From: Polyangiaceae bacterium
Lineage (GTDB): Bacteria; Myxococcota_A; Polyangia; Polyangiales; Polyangiaceae
Direction: 5' to 3'
DNA length: 64,000 nt
Assembly (NCBI GenBank): GCA_965222375.1
Contig: CBDCTZ010000015.1
Coordinates: 64,001-128,000 of the forward strand
The stretch's first letter is position 1. Each line of letters starts with the position of its first letter. This document shows positions 27,371 to 37,311 of this stretch, piece by piece. The notes under the pieces are model-generated. The model saw nothing but the letters and a program-made list of their open reading frames with translations. It made no database searches and was not told where the DNA came from. The translations under genes were made by a program, and so were the position numbers.

Positions 27371-29236
27371 ATGAGTTCCGCACCGAGTGACACTCTCGCG
27401 GCTGTTGCCGAGTTGTATCAGGACAAGCGTGCGAAGCATGAAAGCGCTGCAGAACAGATCGCCGCTCGCTCGCGCCTGGTTTCAAACCTACGGGGGTTAT
27501 CTTTCGGCGTTTTCGTGATCGCCGCTTTGTGGGGGTTGTTCGGAGGTGCGCCGCAATCCGGAGGCCTGGTCGCATTGGTGGCGGCGGTCACATTCCTGGT
27601 GCTGGTCAGCGTGCACGGCAGGGTCTTGACCCGGGAGGACAACGAGCGGCGTTTCGCGCTGGTCAACAACCACTCGTTGCTTCGTGTAACGGGTCGCTTT
27701 CGGGAGTTGCCCGAGGACGGTTCGAGTTTCAAACCCGCCGCCCACCCTTATGCCGACGACCTGGATGTTTTCGGCGCAGGATCGCTGTTCCAGCGTTTGT
27801 GTACCGCTCACACGACTCTGGGCAAACGCACCTTGTCCTCATGGCTTTCAGGGGCGACCAGTCCCGACGTCATCGTTGCTCGCCAGGAAGCAGTACGGGA
27901 ACTATCTCCAGCCCTGGCGCTGCGGCAGTCCCTGGAAGCGCTGGCCCTCTTTGCCGTCACGGACCCGGCTCGGCAGCGCAACGGCAAGGTCAAGCGTGCT
28001 CCAGACCCAGAGCCATTCGTCGCGTGGGCGGAGAGCGAACCGACACTGCTCTCCAATGCCGCGTTGGTGTGGGCCAGCCGCGTCTTGCCCGTGCTGACCC
28101 TAGCCGCCCTTGGCGCCCTGATTTGGGCGGGTGCGCCGACTTGGGTATTCACGCTCCCGCTGATCGCCCAACTCGCGATTCTGTACAAGACTCGGGATGC
28201 AGCGGGGCGCGCATTCAACGCCGTCTCCACTTCCGAAGGTGCCTTCTCGCGCTACGGCTCCATGCTCAGCCTGGTGGAGGGCTTGGATGTGCAGGCACCC
28301 ATGCTGCGGCAGCTCAAGGCCGAACTCGCCTCTTCCGGAAGGCCTCCCTCGGTGGCCATGCGAGCCTTGGGGCGCGCCGTAGGGTGGTTCGAATTGCGGC
28401 ACAACGGCCTGGTGCACCCCTTTGCGAACGCGCTGCTGCTTTGGGACGTGCATTGCGTTTTGATGCTGGAGGCTTGGCAGCGCGACAGCGGCAAAGCCGC
28501 TCGACGCTGGTTGGAGCGGTTGGGGGAACTTGAGGCCCTCGCCTCCTTTGCTGCTTTCGACCACGACGATCCCGGAACGTGCTTCCCGAAGATCGAGCCG
28601 GAGACGACCGTGTACGAAACCAAAGGCTTGGCGCACCCGCTGTTGGAAGCCGACAAGCGCGTCGAAAACGATGTCCAGTTACCGCGCGGGGGAACCGCAC
28701 TGCTCGTGACCGGCTCCAACATGTCTGGGAAGAGTACGATGCTGCGCGCTATGGGCCTTGCCGCGGTCATGGCTCAAGCGGGAGCACCCGTCTGCGCGCA
28801 GAGCCTCCGCCTAGGGCAGTTCGCCGTGCGGACCAGCATTCGAATCAGCGATTCTTTGGAGCGTGGTGTGAGCCACTTCTATGCGGAGGTCGAGAAGTTG
28901 AGCGCGGTCATGCACGCGACCACCGACTCCCGGCCCGTCTTGTTCCTGCTGGATGAGATCTTGCATGGCACCAACTCCCGTGAACGGCAGGTCGGCGCGC
29001 GTTGGGTACTCGCCGAGCTGCTTTCTCGAGGAGCCACCGGGGCCATTTCGACCCACGACATGGAGCTATGCCGCTTGCCGGACGAGCTGATGAAGCTGGT
29101 CCAATTGGTGCACTTCCGCGAAAGCGTACAGGACGGAAAAATGACCTTCGACTACAAGCTGCGCGAGGGTCCCGTCACCGCTGGAAACGCCCTTCGCTTG
29201 ATGCAGCTCGCAGGGCTCGCCGTCCCTCTGGACTAG
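27371..29236 (+). CDS. membrane-associated MutS-related ATPase (domain V type)
   Basis: TM helices; TGSNMSGKST, SHFYAE, LLDEILHGTN, STHD. Confidence 0.9.
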   Translation: MSSAPSDTLAAVAELYQDKRAKHESAAEQIAARSRLVSNLRGLSFGVFVIAALWGLFGGAPQSGGLVALVAAVTFLVLVSVHGRVLTREDNERRFALVNNHSLLRVTGRFRELPEDGSSFKPAAHPYADDLDVFGAGSLFQRLCTAHTTLGKRTLSSWLSGATSPDVIVARQEAVRELSPALALRQSLEALALFAVTDPARQRNGKVKRAPDPEPFVAWAESEPTLLSNAALVWASRVLPVLTLAALGALIWAGAPTWVFTLPLIAQLAILYKTRDAAGRAFNAVSTSEGAFSRYGSMLSLVEGLDVQAPMLRQLKAELASSGRPPSVAMRALGRAVGWFELRHNGLVHPFANALLLWDVHCVLMLEAWQRDSGKAARRWLERLGELEALASFAAFDHDDPGTCFPKIEPETTVYETKGLAHPLLEADKRVENDVQLPRGGTALLVTGSNMSGKSTMLRAMGLAAVMAQAGAPVCAQSLRLGQFAVRTSIRISDSLERGVSHFYAEVEKLSAVMHATTDSRPVLFLLDEILHGTNSRERQVGARWVLAELLSRGATGAISTHDMELCRLPDELMKLVQLVHFRESVQDGKMTFDYKLREGPVTAGNALRLMQLAGLAVPLD

Positions 29237-29249
29237 CTCCCCACGCGGA

Positions 29250-29765
29250 CTATTCCGCCGCGAAATCGAAACGCACGATGACCCGATCCTGCAGCTTGAT
29301 CGCGCCCAACATCGCTTTGAACGGTGCAATGCCCCACCGGCTCGGCTGAATCTCGACCTCACCTCGAACACGGCCACCCTCTCGATTGGCTCGTACCTCG
29401 ACGGGGTGGCTCTGCCCATGCAAGCTGAGCTGCCCCACAATGCGATACTCGTTCGCCTGGTTTTCGACCGCGCCCTGAAATTTGGCCTCGGGGAACTTGC
29501 TGGACTGCAGCACCTTGTCGCGAATGTTCTCCTCGACTTGAGCTCGGTCCTTCTCGGACAGCGCCTGGGTGTCTGGAGCGCCCTCGCGGACGGCGTGCAG
29601 GACGCGGAGGCTGCTGCAGGCGAAGCGGGCCTCTACGCTCGCATCGTCCGCAAGAAGCTCCACCTCGCCGACGCGCAAGCAGAGATCGTGGGCTACCCGG
29701 GAAAGGAGTCCCTCCTTGAAGGTCAAAACCTCCACACTACCGTCAAGTGGCTTTCGCTCGTTCAT
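29250..29765 (-). CDS. YceI family protein
   Basis: TFKEGLLSRVAHDL, VLQSSKFPEAKF, GQLSLHGQSH, WGIAPF. Confidence 0.85.
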   Translation of the reverse strand: MNERKPLDGSVEVLTFKEGLLSRVAHDLCLRVGEVELLADDASVEARFACSSLRVLHAVREGAPDTQALSEKDRAQVEENIRDKVLQSSKFPEAKFQGAVENQANEYRIVGQLSLHGQSHPVEVRANREGGRVRGEVEIQPSRWGIAPFKAMLGAIKLQDRVIVRFDFAAE

Positions 29766-30029
29766 TTCGGCCGAAGCTGACCCCTTTCCGGCGCCTGCGA
29801 CAAGGCGAAAGCGTCATGAGAGACAAGGTAGGCCTAGGTCGCACCTTCATCCAACCGTGGCCACAGGCTGCGCCCCATGTAATCCTTGTAGCTTACGATT
29901 CTTGACGATGAAATGAGGGCAAGGCTAGCCTCCAGACCGAGTTTCCACAGGGGAGCGAAGAGCTGCAACTGAGCGGACCAGCATGGGATTTCCCAGCTCG
30001 CGCAGCGCGGGACTAGGGGCGCAACTCAC

Positions 30030-30929
30030 TTGAGCGAATTCGACGAAAAAACGCGAGTCACCCAGGTGGTGCAGCGCCCGTCCGGGGACGACGGCGACAC
30101 CGGAAACGACTGTCTCGTGGTGATCTACACCAAGGAGCCCGGTCTGCTCGGCAAGCGTTTCGTGATGGACCGCAATCCCATTCGTGTGGGGCGTGGCGCG
30201 GACAACACGATCGTGTTGGAGGGCGACTCGGTTTCTCGACGCCACGCACACTTCTCGCGGCGCACCGGCCACTGGTACATCGTCGACGACGGCTCAACCA
30301 ACGGCACCTACCTCAATGAGGAACAGGTCTCCAAGGAAGCGCTGCTTAACAACAGCGATCGGATCAAGGTCGGGCCTACAATACTCAAGTATCTCTCGGG
30401 CGCCGACGCCGAAGCGAAATACCACGAGGAGATCTACAAGATGACCATCATCGATGGTCTGACTCAAATCCACAACAAGCGCTACTTGTTCGAGACCCTG
30501 GAGGGCGAGGTGAGCCGCGCACGTCGTCACGAGCGCCCTCTGTCCCTCATCATCTTCGACATCGACTTCTTCAAACGCATCAACGACCAGTTCGGACACT
30601 TGGCAGGCGACTACGTGTTGCGCGAGCTCGCACGAGTAGTGGAGGCGCGCATCCGCCGGGATGAGTGCTTCGCGCGCTACGGCGGAGAGGAGTTCGTGAT
30701 CGTGCTTCCAGAAACGGACCTGGACGGCGCCGTCTCCCTCGCCGAAAACCTGCGGGCTCGGGTCGCGGAACACACCTTCATCTTCCAGGGCGAGCGCATC
30801 CCGACGGCCATCAGCATGGGCTGCGCTCTGCTAGTCGACGCTGACAAGACCGCGACTGACTTGGTCCAGCGTGCAGATGAAAAGCTGTACGAAGCGAAGC
30901 GGGGCGGGCGCAACCGGGTCTGCTACTGA
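30030..30929 (+). CDS. FHA-GGDEF diguanylate cyclase
   Basis: FHA GR...VSRRHA...STNGT; DIDFFKRINDQFGHLAGD, RYGGEEF. Confidence 0.93.
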   Translation: MSEFDEKTRVTQVVQRPSGDDGDTGNDCLVVIYTKEPGLLGKRFVMDRNPIRVGRGADNTIVLEGDSVSRRHAHFSRRTGHWYIVDDGSTNGTYLNEEQVSKEALLNNSDRIKVGPTILKYLSGADAEAKYHEEIYKMTIIDGLTQIHNKRYLFETLEGEVSRARRHERPLSLIIFDIDFFKRINDQFGHLAGDYVLRELARVVEARIRRDECFARYGGEEFVIVLPETDLDGAVSLAENLRARVAEHTFIFQGERIPTAISMGCALLVDADKTATDLVQRADEKLYEAKRGGRNRVCY

Positions 30930-30963
30930 GACTGGCACTGGGCCCCACAACGCACTAGCGTGC

Positions 30964-32364
30964 GTGGCCTTGGGCTTTTCAGAAATCCCCCCACCGCCGG
31001 AAGTCGAGCCAGGTCAGGACCTGCCCGCGGTTCGCACTCGCCCCCCGGGACCGCAGTCGCGAACCTGGCTCACCCGCCACGCTCGCGTCGCTGCGCCGAT
31101 GGGGCCGCGGCCGGACGTAGACCTGCGCCGAGTGGTGCGCACAGAAGCCCCACCCTACACAGTCGTGTACTCGACCGCGAAGGGGGCCAATGTCTTGGAC
31201 GTAGATGGCAATCGCTACGTCGATCTCGCGGCTGGGTTTGGCTCCCTACTTCTGGGCCACTCACACCCGAGGATCGCGAAAGTCGTCGAGCTCCAGACAG
31301 GGCGGCTGCTCCAAGCATTGGGAGACGTCTACCCGTCAGAACCAAAGATTGCATTGATGGAGCGCCTCGGAACCCTACGCAAAGCAACGCGCTCGAGTCC
31401 CGACGAAGTCCAATCCATCGAAGCGAACGTGGACAAGGTTCTTCTATGCCAAAGCGGAGCAGACGCGGTCACTGCCGCGCTGAAATCGGCGATTTTGCAC
31501 ACGAAGAAAAGTGGGCTGCTGGCGTTCGATGCCGCGTACCACGGACTGTCCTACGCGCCGTTGGCTGCGTGCGGTCTTCGGGAGAGCTACCGAGCCCCTT
31601 TTGCGGCATCCCTGGGTGACCAGACGCGCTTTGTTTCCTATCCGGCGACGAAGGCAGAGCTCGATCCATGTTTGGAACGAATTCGCTTCGAACTTGCCCG
31701 GGGGGACGTGGCGGCAGTGCTTTTTGAGCCTATTTTGGGCCGTGGCGGGTGCCTAGTGCCACCACCCGATTTCGTCCCAGAGCTGCTGAAGCTGTGTCGT
31801 GGCGCCGGCGCCTTGGCCATCGCGGACGAAGTCTGGACCGGCCTCGGTCGCGCCGGCGCGATGCTCACGAGCGAATCGGAAGCGGACGGGCCGGACCTGA
31901 TTTGCCTCGGCAAGGGGCTCGGGGGCGGGCTACCCATCAGCGCCTGCTTGGGACGTGGCGATATCTTGGACTCCTGGAGCCAAGCAGAAGAGGTCGTGCA
32001 CACTTCTACTTTCGCGGGTGCGCCCTTGGCTTGCGTCACTGCAATCGCAACTCTGGACATCCTTCACCGTGACAACCTCGCCGCGCGTTCCAAGGAGGTC
32101 GGCGGTCGGCTGCTCCGATTGCTCCGCGAGCGCTTCCTGGGTCGCGAGAGAATCCGAGATGTTCGCGGACGTGGACTCATGCTCGGAATCGACTTTGGGG
32201 ACGAGCGCGGCAGCGCCGTGCAAGTGATGCGGCGTCTGTTGGAACGCGGCTTCATCACGACGACGGGCGGTGGGCAGCGCGAAGCCTTGATCCTGTCGCC
32301 GCCCCTAAACATAGCCGAACCGCTGCTGCGTGCTTTCGCGGACGCGCTGGACGAGGCCCTTTGA
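30964..32364 (+). CDS. class III PLP-dependent aminotransferase
   Basis: DVDGNRYVDLAAG, AYHG, IADEVWTGLGRAG, PDLICLGKGLGGG, HTSTFAG; start 30964 or 30970. Confidence 0.92.
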   Translation: MALGFSEIPPPPEVEPGQDLPAVRTRPPGPQSRTWLTRHARVAAPMGPRPDVDLRRVVRTEAPPYTVVYSTAKGANVLDVDGNRYVDLAAGFGSLLLGHSHPRIAKVVELQTGRLLQALGDVYPSEPKIALMERLGTLRKATRSSPDEVQSIEANVDKVLLCQSGADAVTAALKSAILHTKKSGLLAFDAAYHGLSYAPLAACGLRESYRAPFAASLGDQTRFVSYPATKAELDPCLERIRFELARGDVAAVLFEPILGRGGCLVPPPDFVPELLKLCRGAGALAIADEVWTGLGRAGAMLTSESEADGPDLICLGKGLGGGLPISACLGRGDILDSWSQAEEVVHTSTFAGAPLACVTAIATLDILHRDNLAARSKEVGGRLLRLLRERFLGRERIRDVRGRGLMLGIDFGDERGSAVQVMRRLLERGFITTTGGGQREALILSPPLNIAEPLLRAFADALDEAL

Positions 32365-33500
32365 CGAACCCCAACTGGCTTTCGGAAAGCGATGCGCTGC
32401 ATCTGCGGGTGCAAGCTTTCGGACTGGAACGTAGCTCCGAGAACTTCGACGCGCTTGCCCTGGATATTGCTCGATTCCAGGCCCGCCACATTCCTGCGTA
32501 TGCCCGCCTGGTTGAGGCTCGCGGCAGTTCCCTGAGCTCGGCAGACGACATCGTAGCGGTACCCACGGACGCCTTTCGACTGGCCCGAGTCGCTGTGCAG
32601 CCAGAAGCCATGGACCATGCGCGCTTTGTCTCCAGCGGCACGACTTCTGCGGCGCGTAGCGTGCACCCTCTGCGTCGGTTGGACACCTACCAGCAACTGT
32701 CCGTGCATTTCGCCCGGCAGAAGCTGATCAATGATACCCGCGCCCGCCGAGTTGTGGTCGCGCTCGCGCCACACCCCGGCAGCCCCCCGGCGTCGTCATT
32801 GGGATTCATGATGTGGACGTTCACGGTGGTCCTGGACGGTCGGGCACTCAGCGTGGACCCAGAAGGAGCCCTGTTCAACCCAGACAACCCCGAGCGCTGG
32901 TTAGCCTCCAATCGAGGTTTGAACCTAGCGGGCTTGGAACGTGCCGCCCGGATTGCGTTGGAACGGCAAGAGCCTCTCTTGGTGCTGGGAACCTCTCTTG
33001 CGCTCCTGCAACTCCTCGAGGTGATGGAGGACCGGGTCTTGCGTTGCCCACGCAACACTGTGGTGATGCAAACGGGGGGAACAAAAGGTCGCAGGCTCCG
33101 GACCACGCCCACGGCGCTGGCCAAAGCAGTGGCAAAGGCGTTCGGGATTGGCGTCGAACGCGTTGTCAGTGAATACGGCATGACCGAGCTCAGCAGCCAG
33201 GCCTACACGGACGTATTGCAACAGCCGGAAACCGCGGAGATCTACCACCCGCCTCGGTGGTTGCGAATCATTCCGGTTGACCCGGTGCGCTTACGGCCAG
33301 TTCCGGACGGCGAGCCCGGGCTGGCGCGTTTCGTGGACCTCTGCAACGTCGATTCTGCGGTCGCCGTGCTCAGCCAAGATCTGGTTCGAGTCCGAGGCGG
33401 AGGGATCGAACTGTTGGGCCGACGCCCTGGAGCTCTGGCCCGGGGGTGTTCCTTGGACCTGGAAGAGCTGATTCTGTTCCGGGGCCGGCAAGCTTCATGA
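32361..33500 (+). CDS. LuxE-like acyl-protein synthetase
   Basis: SSGTT, QTGGTKG, EYGMTELSSQ, C-terminal RGCSL; overlaps the upstream stop (TTGA). Confidence 0.85.
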   Translation: MTNPNWLSESDALHLRVQAFGLERSSENFDALALDIARFQARHIPAYARLVEARGSSLSSADDIVAVPTDAFRLARVAVQPEAMDHARFVSSGTTSAARSVHPLRRLDTYQQLSVHFARQKLINDTRARRVVVALAPHPGSPPASSLGFMMWTFTVVLDGRALSVDPEGALFNPDNPERWLASNRGLNLAGLERAARIALERQEPLLVLGTSLALLQLLEVMEDRVLRCPRNTVVMQTGGTKGRRLRTTPTALAKAVAKAFGIGVERVVSEYGMTELSSQAYTDVLQQPETAEIYHPPRWLRIIPVDPVRLRPVPDGEPGLARFVDLCNVDSAVAVLSQDLVRVRGGGIELLGRRPGALARGCSLDLEELILFRGRQAS

Positions 33501-34549
33501 CGGCTGCAGCCCGCGCGCGTGTCGAGAGCCTGTTGGCGGCGGCGAGGAAACTGGCGGATCCAACTACCGAACTGGGACGGCGGGCGCGGCGGGAGCTTCC
33601 GGAACAGACAGGCTTGTCTCCCGAGAATGTGGAGTTGTGTCTCACTCGACACCTGGAGTTCCAAGCAGACCCGCCCTCCCTGGAAGCGCTGTGTGCGGTT
33701 GCCCCACCATGCAGAAAATCCCACGTGTTGCTGTCGGCCAACGTTTTCACGGCGCCTTTACGCGCGATTGCGATCGCACTAGCTCAATCGCCTCGGGTCG
33801 ATGTGCGACCCTCACGACGGCAACCCTTGTTCACGAAGCTGCTCTGGGACGCCAGCGGCGGAGCATTTCGTATCGTCGAAGATCTGGTGCCCTCACCGGA
33901 CGACCACGTGTGGGCCTACGGCCGCGACGAAAACCTCGAGGCGGTACGCGACGAATTGCCTGCTGGCGTCGTCTTTCACGCTCATGCAAGCGGTTTCGGC
34001 ATTGCGGTGGTCGGCGAACACGACTCGGAAGCCACAAGCGAAATCGCCGCTGCGATCGTGAGCGACGTCGTGCCATTCGATCAGCGAGGCTGCCTGAGTC
34101 CTCGCATTGTCCTGGTACATGGCCGTGAGGAAGCCGCGCAAGCCCTTGCGGAACATCTCGCCCAAGCCCTGCTGACGGCGCGACAGGAAGTCCCCCTTGG
34201 TGCCATGACGGACGACGAAGCTGCCGAAGTGACCCGCTACCGAGACACGATGACCTACGCGGGCCGCGTGTTCCCAGCAGGCAAGGGTCTCGTCGGCTTT
34301 GACGAGCGCGGGAGTGTGTTGCTCGCGCCGGTTGGGCGCAGCCTACACGTCGCGCGAGTGTTGGAGTTGGCGCCAGCATTGGAACAGGCAGCGAGTCACA
34401 TCACCTCCGTGGGTGCGCCGATCGGACTGCACAAAAAGCTTGCGGTGCTGCTGCCCCATGCCCGAATCGCCGAGCTTGGCCGGCAACAATGCCCACCTCT
34501 GGACGGCCCGGTGGATCGGCGCGAGTCGACCGCCGGCGAGATGCTCTGA
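33497..34549 (+). CDS. LuxC-like acyl-CoA reductase
   Basis: SANVF, AYG, FDQRGCLSP catalytic Cys motif; ATGA overlap with the luxE-like gene. Confidence 0.85.
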   Translation: MTAAARARVESLLAAARKLADPTTELGRRARRELPEQTGLSPENVELCLTRHLEFQADPPSLEALCAVAPPCRKSHVLLSANVFTAPLRAIAIALAQSPRVDVRPSRRQPLFTKLLWDASGGAFRIVEDLVPSPDDHVWAYGRDENLEAVRDELPAGVVFHAHASGFGIAVVGEHDSEATSEIAAAIVSDVVPFDQRGCLSPRIVLVHGREEAAQALAEHLAQALLTARQEVPLGAMTDDEAAEVTRYRDTMTYAGRVFPAGKGLVGFDERGSVLLAPVGRSLHVARVLELAPALEQAASHITSVGAPIGLHKKLAVLLPHARIAELGRQQCPPLDGPVDRRESTAGEML

Positions 34550-34669
34550 CCCGAAGGTGCAGGGGCAGCCGTCTTTTTGGGGGCCACGCGACGGCAGTAC
34601 GCGCCATGAGTGTCCGAAAGTGCACGAAGCCACCAAATGCGCTATGTCTCGACCACTTGGAGGATTCTC

Positions 34670-35515
34670 ATGCGCTTCGTTTTCACTTCTGTTTTCTTCG
34701 TTGGCGCCGCCGCAGCGGCCTTGGTTGCCTGCAGTGGTGACACCGATAGCGGGGGCTCCGGAGGAGCCAGCGGCGGAAGCGCCGGCGGCGGCAGTGGCGG
34801 AACGACCACGGGTGGCTCTGCTGGAACCGCAACCGGCGGTAGCGCCGGCAGCGCAACCGGCGGAACCGCCGGCAGCGCAACCGGCGGAAGTGCCGGTAGC
34901 GCGACAGGTGGAAGCGCGGGTAGCGCAACGGGAGGAAGTGCCGGTAGTGCGACAGGCGGAAGTGCTGGTTCCGGTGGAAGCGCGGGCGCTGCGGCAAAAC
35001 CCGAATGCACCACCGCGGCGGACTGCAAGCCCTTCGAGGACTGTTGCACCTGCAGCGCCGTACCCAAGGACGTCAACCCACCGTCGTGCAAGAAGGGGTG
35101 CACGGACAAGGCTTGCAAGGTTCTTGGCGTCCCGTCGGCACAGGTCGAATGTGTCGCAGGTCGCTGCGTCAAAGCCTTCGACTGCGATTCGTCCAAGGTC
35201 ACCTGCAAGTTGGCCCCGCCCAAATGCCCAGCCGGTTCCACGCCCCAGGTGGCCGGCAGTTGCTACACCCTGGCGTGCGTGAAGTCCTCCCAGTGCAAAA
35301 CGGTCCCGGATTGCACAAAGTGCGGTCCCAACGAGGCCTGCAGCACCTACGTCACCCAATTGGGCCCGCAGCCACACTGCGTATCCGTGCCGCCGGAGTG
35401 CAAAGGCAACGCAACCTGTGGTTGTCTCGGACCGACGACATGCGTCAAGCCCTTCGACTCATGCAACGATCTCTCAGGAATCAAGGGCGTTAGCTGCGGC
35501 TGCCCCGCTTGTTGA
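34670..35515 (+). CDS. Gly-rich-linker Cys-rich lipoprotein
   Basis: GGAGG SD; LVAC lipobox; (TGGSAGSA)n 24-bp repeats; Cys-rich C-terminus. Confidence 0.8.
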   Translation: MRFVFTSVFFVGAAAAALVACSGDTDSGGSGGASGGSAGGGSGGTTTGGSAGTATGGSAGSATGGTAGSATGGSAGSATGGSAGSATGGSAGSATGGSAGSGGSAGAAAKPECTTAADCKPFEDCCTCSAVPKDVNPPSCKKGCTDKACKVLGVPSAQVECVAGRCVKAFDCDSSKVTCKLAPPKCPAGSTPQVAGSCYTLACVKSSQCKTVPDCTKCGPNEACSTYVTQLGPQPHCVSVPPECKGNATCGCLGPTTCVKPFDSCNDLSGIKGVSCGCPAC

Positions 35516-37114
35516 TCAGCCGGGACCAGTGCTTTTCGCTGCAGACAGCAGCACTCCATCCTTCGGCCGAATGCGATACAGCAGGCTCCGCAAGGGTGCT
35601 TCCGCCATGATGCCCTCCCAGGTCCTTCGGCGCGGACGCTTCATTTGATCCGCCAGGGCGTGGGGGAAGCCGGTGATCGGATCCGTCGCTTCGATCAAGA
35701 TGGCGTGCTGGTGCACTTTCCCGTCGTTTTTCAGGCCCTGAATCGCAACAATGTCCCCGGCGCGGAATCGATCTGCTTGCTCGAGCAGGAACGCGAAGAA
35801 GCGCTGTCGCTCCCGAAACTTGATGCGCTCCTCGGGCGCGAAACGCACGTGCTCGAATAGATCGGTTTTCTCCTGTGCGAACTCTTCCAGGGCGAGCACG
35901 CCGCGGCGATTCTCGATACCGAACGAATTGAAGTCCAACCGACCGGATCTGCGTTCCGGCTTCTCGCCCAAAGGCGAGAACCAGGTGTCGCTAGCCCGCT
36001 CGTAACTATCGAGGACGAAGTCCACGCAGACTTGAGGCGGATGTGGTCGACCGTCCTTGTCGTACACGGGGTAGAACTGCTCATCGACCTGAAAGCTTCG
36101 ACGACCGGAAAGATAAGCCCAACGCCACGCCGGACGGAGCGCCCCATCGCGATCGGCGGTTTCTTCGCCGCGAGGGCGATCGAAGGGAAGCGCCTCCGCA
36201 ACATTGGAACTGACCACCTGTCGCAAGCGACGCAACGCGTCCCGCCGCGGCGCCTCTGCCTTCAGATGCTGCAGGATGCGGTTACGCCGCGCAGCGGGCT
36301 CTCGATAGCAGCGCAGGCTCAGCTTGGCGCCGTCGGAATCCAAAACCGCCTTAGTCCAGGCGCCAGCAATACGCAGCTTGGCCAGGATGCCGGTCGAGGC
36401 GAAGCGCTCCACCTGTAGGCGTTCGAAACCAAGCTCCGACTGCAACGCCTGCGCATCCCGATGCAGAGGCCGCGCTAGCCCGGCCCGCGTCGTCGCCACT
36501 CGGTCGCCAAACAACAACTCGCCCCGACGGCCATCATCATGGCGGTAGCTCGGCCTTCGCTCCGAGCTGCGGCGGAGCTCGTGAACCTTCGCGCCCCGTT
36601 GCAAGTAGATGGTCTCCTCCTCGAAGAGATCTACGAGCTTGAGGCGCGTGACGAGCGCCAGGGCCTCAACGGGGTCTGCCGAATAGACGTAGCCTTGCCG
36701 GAGCAGCAGGCCCCGCAGGCCAGGACGATCTGCGGCCAGGGCGCGACGCAAGAACACGACTCTCGAGAAAGCGCTGCGCTTCTTGGACGCGTCCCGCATC
36801 TTTCGGGCCAGGGACGAGAGTTGACTGTCCGGTGTCACCGCTGGTTCCTCGACGAACACCATCGCCTGCCCCCGTGCCCGCCCCAAGATGTCGGCGCGTT
36901 TGCGTTCAAAGGATGGCGCGCCGGAGAGTCCGGGTTCCTTGCGCAGCCGCGCAGTCACTCTCGCGCACACTGCAAACTCCGCGTCGACTACCGGCGATGG
37001 CGTAGCTGGAGGCGCGTGGTCAGCAGGCGAAGGAGGTGCTTCAGGTCGGCAAGCCCAAAAAAGTACTCCGGCGATGGCAGCGGCGCCTCTCGACGAGATT
37101 TGCATCTTCCTCAT
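35516..37114 (-). CDS. hypothetical lipoprotein, possible C-terminal NlpC/P60-like (papain-fold) domain
   Basis: LFWAC lipobox; QVCVDFVLD ... AGDIVAI ... HQHAILI. Confidence 0.65.
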   Translation of the reverse strand: MRKMQISSRGAAAIAGVLFWACRPEAPPSPADHAPPATPSPVVDAEFAVCARVTARLRKEPGLSGAPSFERKRADILGRARGQAMVFVEEPAVTPDSQLSSLARKMRDASKKRSAFSRVVFLRRALAADRPGLRGLLLRQGYVYSADPVEALALVTRLKLVDLFEEETIYLQRGAKVHELRRSSERRPSYRHDDGRRGELLFGDRVATTRAGLARPLHRDAQALQSELGFERLQVERFASTGILAKLRIAGAWTKAVLDSDGAKLSLRCYREPAARRNRILQHLKAEAPRRDALRRLRQVVSSNVAEALPFDRPRGEETADRDGALRPAWRWAYLSGRRSFQVDEQFYPVYDKDGRPHPPQVCVDFVLDSYERASDTWFSPLGEKPERRSGRLDFNSFGIENRRGVLALEEFAQEKTDLFEHVRFAPEERIKFRERQRFFAFLLEQADRFRAGDIVAIQGLKNDGKVHQHAILIEATDPITGFPHALADQMKRPRRRTWEGIMAEAPLRSLLYRIRPKDGVLLSAAKSTGPG

Positions 37115-37311
37115 TGAAACGCCTCGCCGCTCCTCCGCAATCCCTCGGCCCTGAGCTCGTTGCGCGGACAAGCGCCGAGCAAGTTCCTTCACTTCACCGT
37201 ACACCGGCGACGCAGATTTCGCTCGTGCGAGGCAGATGCCTCCGCAGCGGATTCGGCCACCGGCTGCGCGTGCCGCAGCGCAGGGCAGGCCCGGAGGGAA
37301 GCCTCGCGGGG

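Noticed and set aside
29770..30029. c-di-GMP riboswitch upstream of the DGC
   Set aside because: No recognisable GEMM consensus by eye; an Rfam scan would be needed
32361..34549. Bioluminescence operon
   Set aside because: No luxA, luxB, luxD or luxG in the window
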